Positions 9,701-17,120 of a stretch of 56,895 nucleotides of DNA are shown here, piece by piece (positions within the stretch are counted from its first letter, which is position 1; each line of letters opens with the position of its first letter). The stretch comes from Pseudomonadota bacterium (GTDB taxonomy: Bacteria; Pseudomonadota; Gammaproteobacteria; JAJDOJ01). A program made the translations under genes and the position numbers. Location: assembly GCA_034722015.1 (NCBI GenBank), contig JAYENI010000207.1:1-56895 (forward strand). Reading direction: 5' to 3'. The notes beneath the pieces were generated by a model that did no database searches, was not told where the DNA came from, and saw only the letters and a program-made list of their open reading frames with translations.

Positions 9701-9884
9701 TGATTTTCTCCAGCGGCTGCCATTTCTGGTCGAGCGCAAGCAACGCGCCGACCTCGAAGTATCCGGTGGCAATGTCGAACGCGTTGGCGATGCCACACCA
9801 CTCTTCGAGATAACGGAGTCCCGTCCACCCGGAGATGCTGTTATCGACGATGAAGAGGTCGCGGCCCCGGTGCTCTTGGCTCAT
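6732..9884 (-). CDS. PLD-family nuclease domain fused to an SNF2-like SF2 helicase
   Basis: FHAKAYI...GSSNFT (PLD HxK motif), DGVGLGKT, DEAHH, TATP, STDVLSEGLNLQ and QRIGRVDR helicase motifs. Confidence 0.9.
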   Translation of the reverse strand: MSQEHRGRDLFIVDNSISGWTGLRYLEEWCGIANAFDIATGYFEVGALLALDQKWQPLEKIRILMGAETSHRTRKALLEAVRLRAVEVLDGSLEADKQANPFLRGVKAILEALRSRQIECRVYDRDKFHAKAYITHAKLEVVGAQALVGSSNFTAPGLTKNIELNIQVQSAREVAQLQEWFEEHWEDASDITDAIIETVSRHIQLYTPFDVYAKALQEFFRGHELTATEWDESHSKMFPSLDRYQQEAYWALMKIARQHGGAFLCDGVGLGKTFVGLMLIERLILHEGKRVVLFAPKAAKEGVWEPHLREWLPHIGGVSGGSDFSNLAVFSHTDLNRKGDFPERFQRIAELADVVIIDEAHHFRNPGTRGDGDDDKEPSRYYRLYDLLDNAVRAKTLYMLTATPINNRLSDFRHMVELFTRREETYFARTLGVNNLRAHFNQMEKAIRQRVGHDVTDVAEHMTEAQEILFTDEIFRQLVVQRSRAYARESQIRETGKAAAFPERKPPQVAGYSIRKTYGRLLELFEKAFTRRSPLFTLPMYYALHWYKGPDKDIDPFEQNRQQQVVGLIRTNFLKRFESSVAAFELSCDRLLKKLLAFVEVHSETDAERKRLERWKAQHAEILGYTIQRKLDLWGEDGDGDEVDEDIVPQEMLDAVERLDRAEYEVEEMLSETFLDLDQIVQFIEEARKFEPKHDDKLKKLIRLLKTKEMVGQKVLVFTEFADTARYLKRQLDAAGIDGVAQVDSATKANRADVIRRFAPYYNGVSSGELIAQGQDETRVLISTDVLSEGLNLQDASRMVNYDIHWNPVRLMQRIGRVDRRMNPEVEKQLIADHPEVVASRGRVSFWNFLPPDELNEILTLYTRVTQKTLLISRTLGIEGRKLLTPEDDYEALKEFNHAYEGTRTTVEDMHLEYQALLQADSGLEARLRGLPGATFSGRKRPARGIHGVFFCYALPALDKEQNKFTEEAGITRWYLYDLDRDAVIEDLGAMVASIRSRSETPRKCATGEKTLVEIRSKIDKHIKNSYLKRVDAPVGVKPALKCWMELNEG

Positions 9885-9930
9885 TCTTCTATCCTGAGTG
9901 GCGAAGAAAGTGACAGAAAGATCAGCTTAA

Positions 9931-9951
9931 GGCGATTGCCGGAAAATGACA
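9931..9951 (+). repeat. Isolated terminal fragment of the 157-bp MITE
   Basis: TAA-GGCGATTGCCGGAAAATGACA matches one end of the full copies. Confidence 0.65.
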
Positions 9952-10060
9952 GTCCGGAAGATGAAAGATCACCTTACGAACTGATTCCATTACACGAAGA
10001 TTGGAAGCCGGCCCGACCTGCTCGACTCGCACCAGCTAGACGGATAGCATGCCGGTCGCA

Positions 10061-10091
10061 CGTAGGTTTTGCTGACGCTAACCCGACCTAC
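10061..10091 (-). repeat. Degenerate REP-like palindrome (GTAG type)
   Basis: Shares CGCTAACCCGACCTACG with the REP at 26902-26931. Confidence 0.55.
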
Positions 10092-10236
10092 GGGAACTCC
10101 CGCACCTCGGCGATCGGCTCGCTGTGCTGCTGGACGAGCGCGGCAAACGGCGCTGGCCCTGCGTGCTCATCGAGATGGGAGGCCATTCATGAACTGCAGC
10201 GGGTCCGGAATGGCCGTGCAGCCAGTCGGGATCCTG

Positions 10237-10632
10237 TCAGGGCGCGGTGAACATCTCCTCGCCCTGAAGCTTGCGATCGAACGTGACGACGGTGTCGCAT
10301 CCTGCCGCTCTTGCGCTCTCGCGTACCACGTAGTCTGCGAAGTCACCGCGGCCGGCCTCGTAGGCCCGAAGCGCACGGGTCGTGACGTCGGGCAGCTCGA
10401 AGACGAGCTGCCGAGCAGCGAGCAGCTGTCCGAGAGCAGTCGCGATCCGCTCGCGGCCGAACCGGTATGCGGAGCGCAGCACCCAGACGATCTCGCAGGC
10501 GACAATCGTGGGGACGAGTGCTCGCTGTCCATCTGCATCGAGCCGGTCGAGCAGCCGCACGGCCTGGCGGGTCTGGGCCTCGTCGTCCTCGACGATCAGG
10601 CGCAGCAGCACGTTGGTGTCGACGGCGATCAT
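10237..10632 (-). CDS. vapC: VapC-type PIN-domain toxin
   Basis: MIAVDTNVLLR, ACEIVWVL, GDFAD and VTFD PIN motifs; ATGA overlap with the upstream antitoxin. Confidence 0.9.
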   Translation of the reverse strand: MIAVDTNVLLRLIVEDDEAQTRQAVRLLDRLDADGQRALVPTIVACEIVWVLRSAYRFGRERIATALGQLLAARQLVFELPDVTTRALRAYEAGRGDFADYVVRESARAAGCDTVVTFDRKLQGEEMFTAP

Positions 10633-10892
10633 TCCTCGACCGAGCGCCGGTACGACGCGACCACGGCCTCTCCGATCGCCTCGTCCATCTCCTCGACCGT
10701 GAGGTGTTTGCCCTCGGGCGGCTTCAGCATGCCGACGAGATCACGCAGGTCGACGGTCTGTGGGCGCAGCTCGACGACCCCGTCCTCCCGAACGACGAAG
10801 AGCACCCGGTCGCCCGCATCCAGGTGCAGGGCGTCGCGCACCTCCTTGGGGATGGTCACCTGGCCCTTCGAGGATAGGGTCGATGTGGGCAT
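10629..10892 (-). CDS. vapB: AbrB/MazE/SpoVT-family antitoxin
   Basis: STLSSKGQVTIPKEVRDALHLDAGDRVLF AbrB signature; GGAGG RBS before the ATG at 10892. Confidence 0.9.
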   Translation of the reverse strand: MPTSTLSSKGQVTIPKEVRDALHLDAGDRVLFVVREDGVVELRPQTVDLRDLVGMLKPPEGKHLTVEEMDEAIGEAVVASYRRSVEE

Positions 10893-10919
10893 CTTTACCT
10901 CCATTGCTTATCTTTACCT
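10891..10919 (-). promoter_or_regulatory. Direct repeat AGGTAAAGAT x2, possible autoregulatory operator of vapBC
   Basis: Identical 10-mers at 10891-10900 and 10910-10919 over the RBS and start. Confidence 0.4.
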
Positions 10920-10978
10920 TAGGGTAGGCCATGGCCTGGCCGGAATCAAGGAATGCATATGATTGTGGAACCACAGAG

Positions 10979-11066
10979 CGCGGATCGTGACCACCGATTC
11001 CGGAAAATCGGCGAGAATCAGTCACGATGAAACGAAATCGGCGGTCACCTTCGCCCGAGATACGCA
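10979..11066. mobile_element. Miniature IS21-family-like remnant (two ends, no transposase)
   Basis: Begins (C)GCGGATCGTGACCACCGATTCCGG and ends GGTCACCTTCGCCCGAGATACGCA, with an internal GTCACG repeat; resembles IS21-family termini. Confidence 0.5.
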
Positions 11067-11309
11067 GCTGTTGGGCATCGCCTTCTCCCGTGCTTGATGA
11101 CGGAAGAGAGTGTTCGGCAGGTCGACCGTGAAAGATGGGTGCTGATTCGGGGGCGCTTACAATCAAGGGGGTTCCATGAAAAGCCGCCAATGCCCGTGCC
11201 CGCCGTGCGGCGCGGGCCAGCGCCGCCGGTACTGCCTACATGCTGGCATCGAGCTGGCGGAACCCGGGCAATGATTGCCGGGTGTACATCATCCGCGTTT
11301 CCACGCGGT

Positions 11310-12056
11310 TCAATGAACCAACGGCTCGAAGTCACCCGTATGCATGGGTTCGTAGTCGGGCCAACGCCCTACCAACTCCACCAGTAATCGTTGCTTGGAC
11401 GGTGCCGGCGCGGGATTGATTCTCACAACCTTGGCGCCGTAGTCCCCGGGAGACAAAGCAATGGCACGCACTAGGTCCTCCACCAGATAGCGCGGCGCCC
11501 AGCCGATCATGTGGTAATCCTCGCTCTGAATCTGAATCGCCGGTTGGCCGGCGGGACTGGTCAATTCGATCGTCACGTAGAGGTTCTCGCCCGGCTCAAG
11601 GGCCTCGATTCGCTTCAATGCTGCCGGGTTCACATGCCGCCAGCCATGCAGAAAGAAGCGGCAGCTGAAAAAGCCGTCAGCGCGACGTACGATCCTGGGG
11701 AATACCTCGAAACTGTCCGTGGCCCGGTAGCCGCCGCCCACTTCCAGAATCTCGATCGGTTCTGCCGTTTCGGGCAGATCGAGCATCCGCAGATAGTCCG
11801 CGAAGTCGCGACGTCCCGCTGAAATGATCCGGTTCTTGAACAGCGGGAACAGATCGGCGGATTCGTAGGCCCGATGCAGTTCAGGGAAGTCCAGCAAGGC
11901 ATCGAATCCAGCGCTTTCATGGGCGCTTTCCGCCCCCCTGGTATAGCGGAAACGGTAGGCATGCCGGTCGGCCAGAACATCCAACCGCCCGACCGGAAAC
12001 CAGCCCCGTGTCAGGCGTTTGTCCTGCCAGGCCAGAAACAGCGTCTTGTCGCTCAT
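11310..12056 (-). CDS. HIRAN-domain protein (HipS-like N-terminus plus HIRAN), partner of the HipA-like kinase
   Basis: LFLAWQD...WFPVGRL...YRFRY...LFPLFKNRI N-terminus; FFLHGWRH...IGWAPRYL HIRAN-like C-terminus; ATGA overlap with the kinase. Confidence 0.75.
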   Translation of the reverse strand: MSDKTLFLAWQDKRLTRGWFPVGRLDVLADRHAYRFRYTRGAESAHESAGFDALLDFPELHRAYESADLFPLFKNRIISAGRRDFADYLRMLDLPETAEPIEILEVGGGYRATDSFEVFPRIVRRADGFFSCRFFLHGWRHVNPAALKRIEALEPGENLYVTIELTSPAGQPAIQIQSEDYHMIGWAPRYLVEDLVRAIALSPGDYGAKVVRINPAPAPSKQRLLVELVGRWPDYEPMHTGDFEPLVH

Positions 12057-12964
12057 GGCGTAATCCTTCCCAGTTGTTCCAGGTTATAGCACATCAAATC
12101 GACGGCAAAGTTTTTGGAGAGTTCCGTAATCCAGCCTTCAGGAATCCGCTCCATGATCTGATGTAACCTGTCCTTTTCCAGCTTCTCCAGCTGATTGAGG
12201 GCCGGACCGAACAAGCCAGGATGCAGGTCGGAAGCGCGACGCACCAGTTCGAGAGGGCTGATGCCTTTTCTGTCCGAAGACCTCCAGTAAATCGCTCCGC
12301 GCGCCTTTTCCGCGTATTGGGGCAACCGGTCCTCCTCCAGAATTCGCCGCCTGCATTTCCCGGGTCTTTCATCCAGCAGTTCCCGGCCCAGCGACGAGGC
12401 ATGATCGAAGGTGGGCGCCACCATCCCCGTCCATCCGCTCGGTGTCCGTTTTCGCAGAATGCCCCAGTTCTCATGGTGGCGATCGGTGTTGCCGATCAAG
12501 GCATCCAGCACCAGATATTCGGCCAATCGTTCTCTGGCCCGGCGCGCGGCATCCGGGGCTTCGAAGACACGGTCCAGCGCCGCGAAAATACTTTCCAGGG
12601 TGTGGTCCGATTGCCGAAACTGCTTACCCGGATCATAGTCCAGCAACTGGCCGGCGAGCACCTGGTTCCCGTGGTAAAGCTCGCGGCCTTCACGCGCAAA
12701 CGATTCGGTCGCGGACCCCCGCACGCCCTGGAACACCGCCAGTTCGACCCGGGCGTGCAGAATATCCAGCACGTCGGCCACCTCGGCGGCGATCTTCTCC
12801 GCCCAGTGCTGGCCCGTATTTGGCTGCGGATACTTGAACAGCCACTCCGGCCCGTCGTCTTCCCGAAACCAGAACTTCTCCTTGCTGCCCATGGCTTCAT
12901 CTTCCAGTACCCAGTCGGGGCGGATCTCGATAATTCGGTAAGGCGCATCGGCGGCATCGGTCAT
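12053..12964 (-). CDS. HipA-like serine/threonine kinase
   Basis: MGSKEKFW, WLFKYP, WAEKIA, DALIGNTDRHHENWG and APTFDHASSLG motifs. Confidence 0.88.
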   Translation of the reverse strand: MTDAADAPYRIIEIRPDWVLEDEAMGSKEKFWFREDDGPEWLFKYPQPNTGQHWAEKIAAEVADVLDILHARVELAVFQGVRGSATESFAREGRELYHGNQVLAGQLLDYDPGKQFRQSDHTLESIFAALDRVFEAPDAARRARERLAEYLVLDALIGNTDRHHENWGILRKRTPSGWTGMVAPTFDHASSLGRELLDERPGKCRRRILEEDRLPQYAEKARGAIYWRSSDRKGISPLELVRRASDLHPGLFGPALNQLEKLEKDRLHQIMERIPEGWITELSKNFAVDLMCYNLEQLGRITP

Positions 12965-13194
12965 ACAGCGATCTCTCCGCTCGTCATGCGGGGAAGGAGG
13001 ATACCGCAGGCGGCGTGCTGGTCGGCCTCGATGGCGGCGTAGTAACGGCTGGCGGCGAGGCGGAGAAAGATCACGCCGCGCACCGGCATGGCGTAGTCGC
13101 TGGAAGTCAGCTTGGAGTTGGCGCGGAGCTGGTCGGCGGCCTCCCAGAGACTGGACTCGATCTGTTCGATGTTCTGGTGGGCGTTCCCTGTCAT
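12961..13194 (-). pseudogene. hsdM: N-terminal fragment of a type I R-M methyltransferase subunit
   Basis: IESSLWEAADQLRANSKLTSSDYAMPVRGVIFLR matches the HsdM N-terminus; similarity is lost after about 55 aa. Confidence 0.75.
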
Positions 13195-13207
13195 GGGTTG
13201 TTCTCGG

Positions 13208-13385
13208 TTATCTCGTCCTGGTGGCACCCTTGCTCGCCGGCTGGTGCGGATCGCGACCGGCGAGGCCGTGCGCTATTGCGAAGTCCGGCACCAGCACCTC
13301 GACCATCGAGGCGGCGGAGCAGCGCTCGCGTTCGACGGCGAGCTTGAGCAGGGCTTTGACTTCCGTGGTGGTGCGGGCGGGATAT
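13208..13385 (-). pseudogene. Decayed small ribbon-helix-helix-like protein of the kind found ahead of type I R-M operons
   Basis: RTTTEVKALLKLAVERERCSAASMVEVLV; no clear start codon. Confidence 0.5.
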
Positions 13386-13404
13386 TCCGGGTCGACGAGA
13401 TCAC

Positions 13405-13497
13405 CGAATGCCCGGCGTTCCGCGGCGGGACCGCGTTCTACAAAATCCATCGGTATCCAGCGGCTCGTTACTCCGAGGACATTGACGTCGTGCTGTC
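13405..13497 (+). pseudogene. Fragment of an AbiEii-like nucleotidyltransferase toxin
   Basis: AFRGGTAFYKIH...ARYSEDID matches the GGT...RxSEDID signature; cut off at the 13498 repeat. Confidence 0.65.
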
Positions 13498-13706
13498 CAA
13501 AGCCGGAAACCCGGGCTTGAGAACTGCCGGGGATACACCTATCTCCACACGATCCGGATCGTGAATCTCCCTCGACCTGCTGCCGGATCAATTCCAGGAA
13601 CCTTTCCTCCCGGCGTTCGTGGAACCGTTGCGGCGCCCGCGGACAGCAATTTACGACCTGCGGGCCAACGCATTTCCACGGATGCCGGAAGTGACGTTGT
13701 TCGTGG
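13498..13706 (-). pseudogene. Diverged partial copy of the DUF3800 3' region plus its terminator
   Basis: 13498-13531 matches 2125-2158; 13542-13706 is collinear with 2321-2485 (constant offset 11221 at both ends). Confidence 0.8.
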
Positions 13707-13771
13707 TTGCGAACCAGTCTGTGAGTTGACCGGCTTCAGGGCGATGCGCGCGTCCCTGTGTATTCGCGGCC

Positions 13772-14650
13772 CTACGTCTTCAACGAGTCGATGTACTCAC
13801 GAAACTCGTCTTTCAGTTCCGGGTGTTTCAGCGCCAGTTCGACGTTGGCCTGCAGATAACCGAGTTTGTTGCCGCAATCGTAGCGCACGCCCTCGAATTC
13901 GTAGGCCATGACGGAGCCGCCCGACTGGATCTGACCCGCGATGGCGTCGGTCAGCTGGATCTCTCCGCCGGCGCCCCGGTTCGTCTGCCGCAGCTGATCG
14001 AAGATCGACGCCTCCAGGATATACCGGCCGACGACGGCGATATTCGACGGGGCGTCTTCCACCGCGGGTTTTTCGACCAGGCCACGAATGCCCCACAGGC
14101 GGTCGCCCTTCGCTACGCCGTCCACGACGCCGTAGCTGCTGACTTCTTCCCTGGGGACCTGCTCGACGCCGATCACCCCGCACTGGTATTCCTCGTACAC
14201 CTCCACCATCTGCCGGATGCAGCCGCGCTTTCCGTCGTCTATGAGATCGTCCGCGAGGATGATGGCGAAGGCCTCGTCGCCGATCACCGGTTCGGCGCAG
14301 GCCACCGCGTGCCCCAGTCCCAGGGCCTCTGACTGGCGGATATAGACACAGGTGACCCCGGGAGGCAGCACCTCTCTGGTCACTTTCAGCATCTCCGTCT
14401 TGTTCTTGGCCTCCAGCTCGCTCTCGAGTTCGTAGGCCTTGTCGAAGTGGTCGGGAATGGATCGCTTGTTCCTGCCCGTGACGAAGATCAGGACCTCGAT
14501 CCCGGCCGCCACGGCCTCTTCGGCCGCATACTGCACGAGCGGCTTGTCGACCACCGGCAGCATTTCTTTCGGATTGGCCTTGGTCACCGGAAGGAACCGC
14601 GTACCCAGACCGGCCACGGGAAAAACAGCTTTCTTGATCTTCTTGCCCAT
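13772..14650 (-). CDS. galU: UTP-glucose-1-phosphate uridylyltransferase
   Basis: KAVFPVAGLGTRFLPVTKANPKEMLPVVDKP, LGLGHAV, VEKP and YDCGNKLGY. Confidence 0.97.
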   Translation of the reverse strand: MGKKIKKAVFPVAGLGTRFLPVTKANPKEMLPVVDKPLVQYAAEEAVAAGIEVLIFVTGRNKRSIPDHFDKAYELESELEAKNKTEMLKVTREVLPPGVTCVYIRQSEALGLGHAVACAEPVIGDEAFAIILADDLIDDGKRGCIRQMVEVYEEYQCGVIGVEQVPREEVSSYGVVDGVAKGDRLWGIRGLVEKPAVEDAPSNIAVVGRYILEASIFDQLRQTNRGAGGEIQLTDAIAGQIQSGGSVMAYEFEGVRYDCGNKLGYLQANVELALKHPELKDEFREYIDSLKT

Positions 14651-14924
14651 AGGCTCCTCTGCTCGATGACTGGAAGGCGCCGCCCCGCCAATGGCGTTGA
14701 ACGCGCGGTCGCCAATGCAAATAAATATTGGCGCTGGTTAAACCTCGATTACACGGTACGCCACCGCGATATCCGGGTCCTCAGGGCCGTACTTCCCTGA
14801 AGATAACGGTGTTGCCGTTATGTGGATGGATCGCGCCCCGGTACGGGTAACATTCCCGTCCCGCCCGATGTCCGCAGCCACCGGTCCCGGCTTGCCGTCC
14901 GTGTCACTGCCGGCGACGGAACAC

Positions 14925-16121
14925 TCAAAGACTGTAGTGCTTGGATTTGCGCGGGATTGCGGTATGCGGCCCGACAGGTCTGACCGTTCCCCAGCCGTGG
15001 CAACCGGGGCACTGCCAGAATAGCCCTTTCGATTCGAACCCGCAGGAATTGCACTGATAAGACACCTGCGCGTCGATGTGAGAATCCAGCGCGGCGACAA
15101 CCTTCTCCCGTGCATCGCGGCCGTCGGGGACCGCGCCGTCCGACAACATCTTGACGTACTCGCGAATCATCGTAAGCGCAACCCGGTCCCTTCGAAACTC
15201 CGATTCGAACACGGACGCCACGCGATCCAGGTCTCCTTCCTTCAGGTAACTCTCCAGCAGGGTGAGTACGATGTCCTGGTCGCATCCGCAGGGCTGGATC
15301 TTCCTGAGATAACCCAGATAACCCTCCGCATCGTTTCGCCGTGCATAGGCATCCCTCAGGCGCGGGAGAACCATGCAGACATAGTCGGTGTCCTGTTCGT
15401 AGACCTTGCTGTAGAACTTGATCGCCCGACCGTACCGGGACGCCCGTAACGCCATGTCCCCCAGCAGGATACTGGCGCGCGCGCAGGCCGGATCGCAGGA
15501 CAGCGCCTTGCGGGCCAGCGCCTCAGCCTCCGTCACGTGCCCGCTGGTTTCCCGGGATTCTGCGATCTCGCAATAATAGTGCGCGACAACGGGTCCGGGA
15601 GAGGCACCGGTCCCCTCCTGAAGCTGTTGAGCCACCTGTATCGCAGCTTCCCAGTCCTTCTCCTGCTCATACACCTCCATCAGATGGCGACACGCCGCGC
15701 GTTTGTGACCATTCTGCGAAATCACGTCCCGAAACAGTTTCTCCGCACGATCCAGCAGACCGGCTTTCAGGTAGTCCCTCCCCAGTTCCAGAAGCGCGTC
15801 CTGCCTGCAAGACGCGCCAACCCCGGGTCGTGACAGCAGGTTCTGATGTATGCGTATGGCCCGGTCAACCTCCCCGCGTCGTCTGAAGAGATTGCCGAGA
15901 AGCAGATGAGTCTCGACGGTCTCGGGGTCGACCTCGACGATACGCAGAAAGACTTCGAGCGCCTTGTCGGGTTTCTCGTCGAGCAGGTAGTTCAGGCCCT
16001 GAATGTATTCGGGAGAGATCGAGGACGCTTGTCCGTCGTATCGCTGGGATTCTGTTTTCCTCGCCACGTACCAACCGGAAGCGGCGGCCACGGGCAGGAG
16101 AAGCCAGAGGAGTGTCAGCAT
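14925..16121 (-). CDS. lapB: Lipopolysaccharide assembly protein B
   Basis: LLLPVAAASGW anchor, YIQGLNYLLDEKPDKA, TPRs, C-terminal CNSCGF...CPGC rubredoxin-like motif; follows ihfB. Confidence 0.93.
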   Translation of the reverse strand: MLTLLWLLLPVAAASGWYVARKTESQRYDGQASSISPEYIQGLNYLLDEKPDKALEVFLRIVEVDPETVETHLLLGNLFRRRGEVDRAIRIHQNLLSRPGVGASCRQDALLELGRDYLKAGLLDRAEKLFRDVISQNGHKRAACRHLMEVYEQEKDWEAAIQVAQQLQEGTGASPGPVVAHYYCEIAESRETSGHVTEAEALARKALSCDPACARASILLGDMALRASRYGRAIKFYSKVYEQDTDYVCMVLPRLRDAYARRNDAEGYLGYLRKIQPCGCDQDIVLTLLESYLKEGDLDRVASVFESEFRRDRVALTMIREYVKMLSDGAVPDGRDAREKVVAALDSHIDAQVSYQCNSCGFESKGLFWQCPGCHGWGTVRPVGPHTAIPRKSKHYSL

Positions 16122-16338
16122 AGGGTTGCGGTTGCCGGGCTCGGCAAGGTGAACCGGCGCATGCGCGGGTCGATCGGTACCCCGTGGTGCAGGGAGGCAT
16201 CCCGTTTGAACATCATCCGGCAAGTATAATCGGTTTGGATGCGCGCTGATACCGTGCACAAACTCGTCGGTCGGTCATTGAAAGACCACGTAGCGGAATG
16301 CAACCACGGTTACCCCGCCGGCTGAACCGGGCAAGTAA

Positions 16339-16494
16339 GGCGATTGCCGGAAAATAACATACCAGATTGCGCAGGATTTTCGTTCGTCATCAAGGCGCGA
16401 CAACAGACGCATAGTCGAACTATGTAACGGTTGTCGCAACGCAGAGGACGGACGAAAAGACAAGCAGGATGGTGTGTTATTTTTCAGAAATCGC
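16339..16494 (+). mobile_element. 157-bp MITE, copy 1 (one terminal base missing)
   Basis: TIR GGCGATT...AATCGC; TAA on both sides. Confidence 0.88.
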
Positions 16495-16504
16495 TAACAA
16501 CCGT

Positions 16505-16825
16505 TCAGGAATCAACCGCCTCCGCAATCTCCAGTACCGGGGCGGAAGCCATGTTGACCCGGTCCCTGAGTTCCTTGCCAGGCTTGAAATGCGGAACATG
16601 CTTGCCCGGCAGGGACACTGACTCCCCGGTCTTCGGATTTCGTCCGATGCGCGGCGGCCGGAAATGCAGTGAAAAACTGCCGAAACCGCGGATCTCGATA
16701 CGGTCTCCTCCGGATAACGCACCACTCATCAACTCCAGCACGGTGTTCACCGCGAGCTCAACGTCCCTGGGCGCAAGGTGCTGTTGTTTGAGCGAAACTT
16801 GCTCGATCAGCTCGGATTTCGTCAT
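16505..16825 (-). CDS. ihfB: Integration host factor beta subunit
   Basis: MTKSELIE...[29 protein letters not shown]...[13 protein letters not shown]; downstream of rpsA. Confidence 0.96.
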   Translation of the reverse strand: MTKSELIEQVSLKQQHLAPRDVELAVNTVLELMSGALSGGDRIEIRGFGSFSLHFRPPRIGRNPKTGESVSLPGKHVPHFKPGKELRDRVNMASAPVLEIAEAVDS

Positions 16826-16859
16826 CGCCTTCCCGTTCATTCCCAGAATCCTGGCGTTA

Positions 16860-17016
16860 GGCGATTACCGGAAAATGACATACCGGATTGCGCCGGATTT
16901 TCGTTCGTCATCAAGGCGCGAGAACAGGCACATAGTCGAACTATGCCACTGTTATCGCAACACAGAGGACGGACGAGAAGACAAGCAGGATGGTATGTCA
17001 TTTGACAGAAATCGCC
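16860..17016 (+). mobile_element. 157-bp MITE, copy 2
   Basis: TIR GGCGATT...AATCGCC; TTA duplication. Confidence 0.9.
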
Positions 17017-17053
17017 TTATACCCGTGCCGGTCGCTCGTCATCTGAATTCTCC

Positions 17054-17085
17054 GGTATTTCCGGAAAACTCGTTCCGGAAATACC
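17054..17085 (-). terminator. Perfect 13-bp stem-loop downstream of rpsA
   Basis: GGTATTTCCGGAA-AACTCG-TTCCGGAAATACC; no clear U-tract, so it may be a stabilising or processing stem. Confidence 0.5.
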
Positions 17086-17120
17086 CACCGATCCGCGACC
17101 TCGAAGCGACAGTACCGACG

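Noticed and set aside
6732-9884. DISARM or BREX assignment for the helicase-methylase pair
   Set aside because: No drmA/B/C or brx/pglZ genes are in the window
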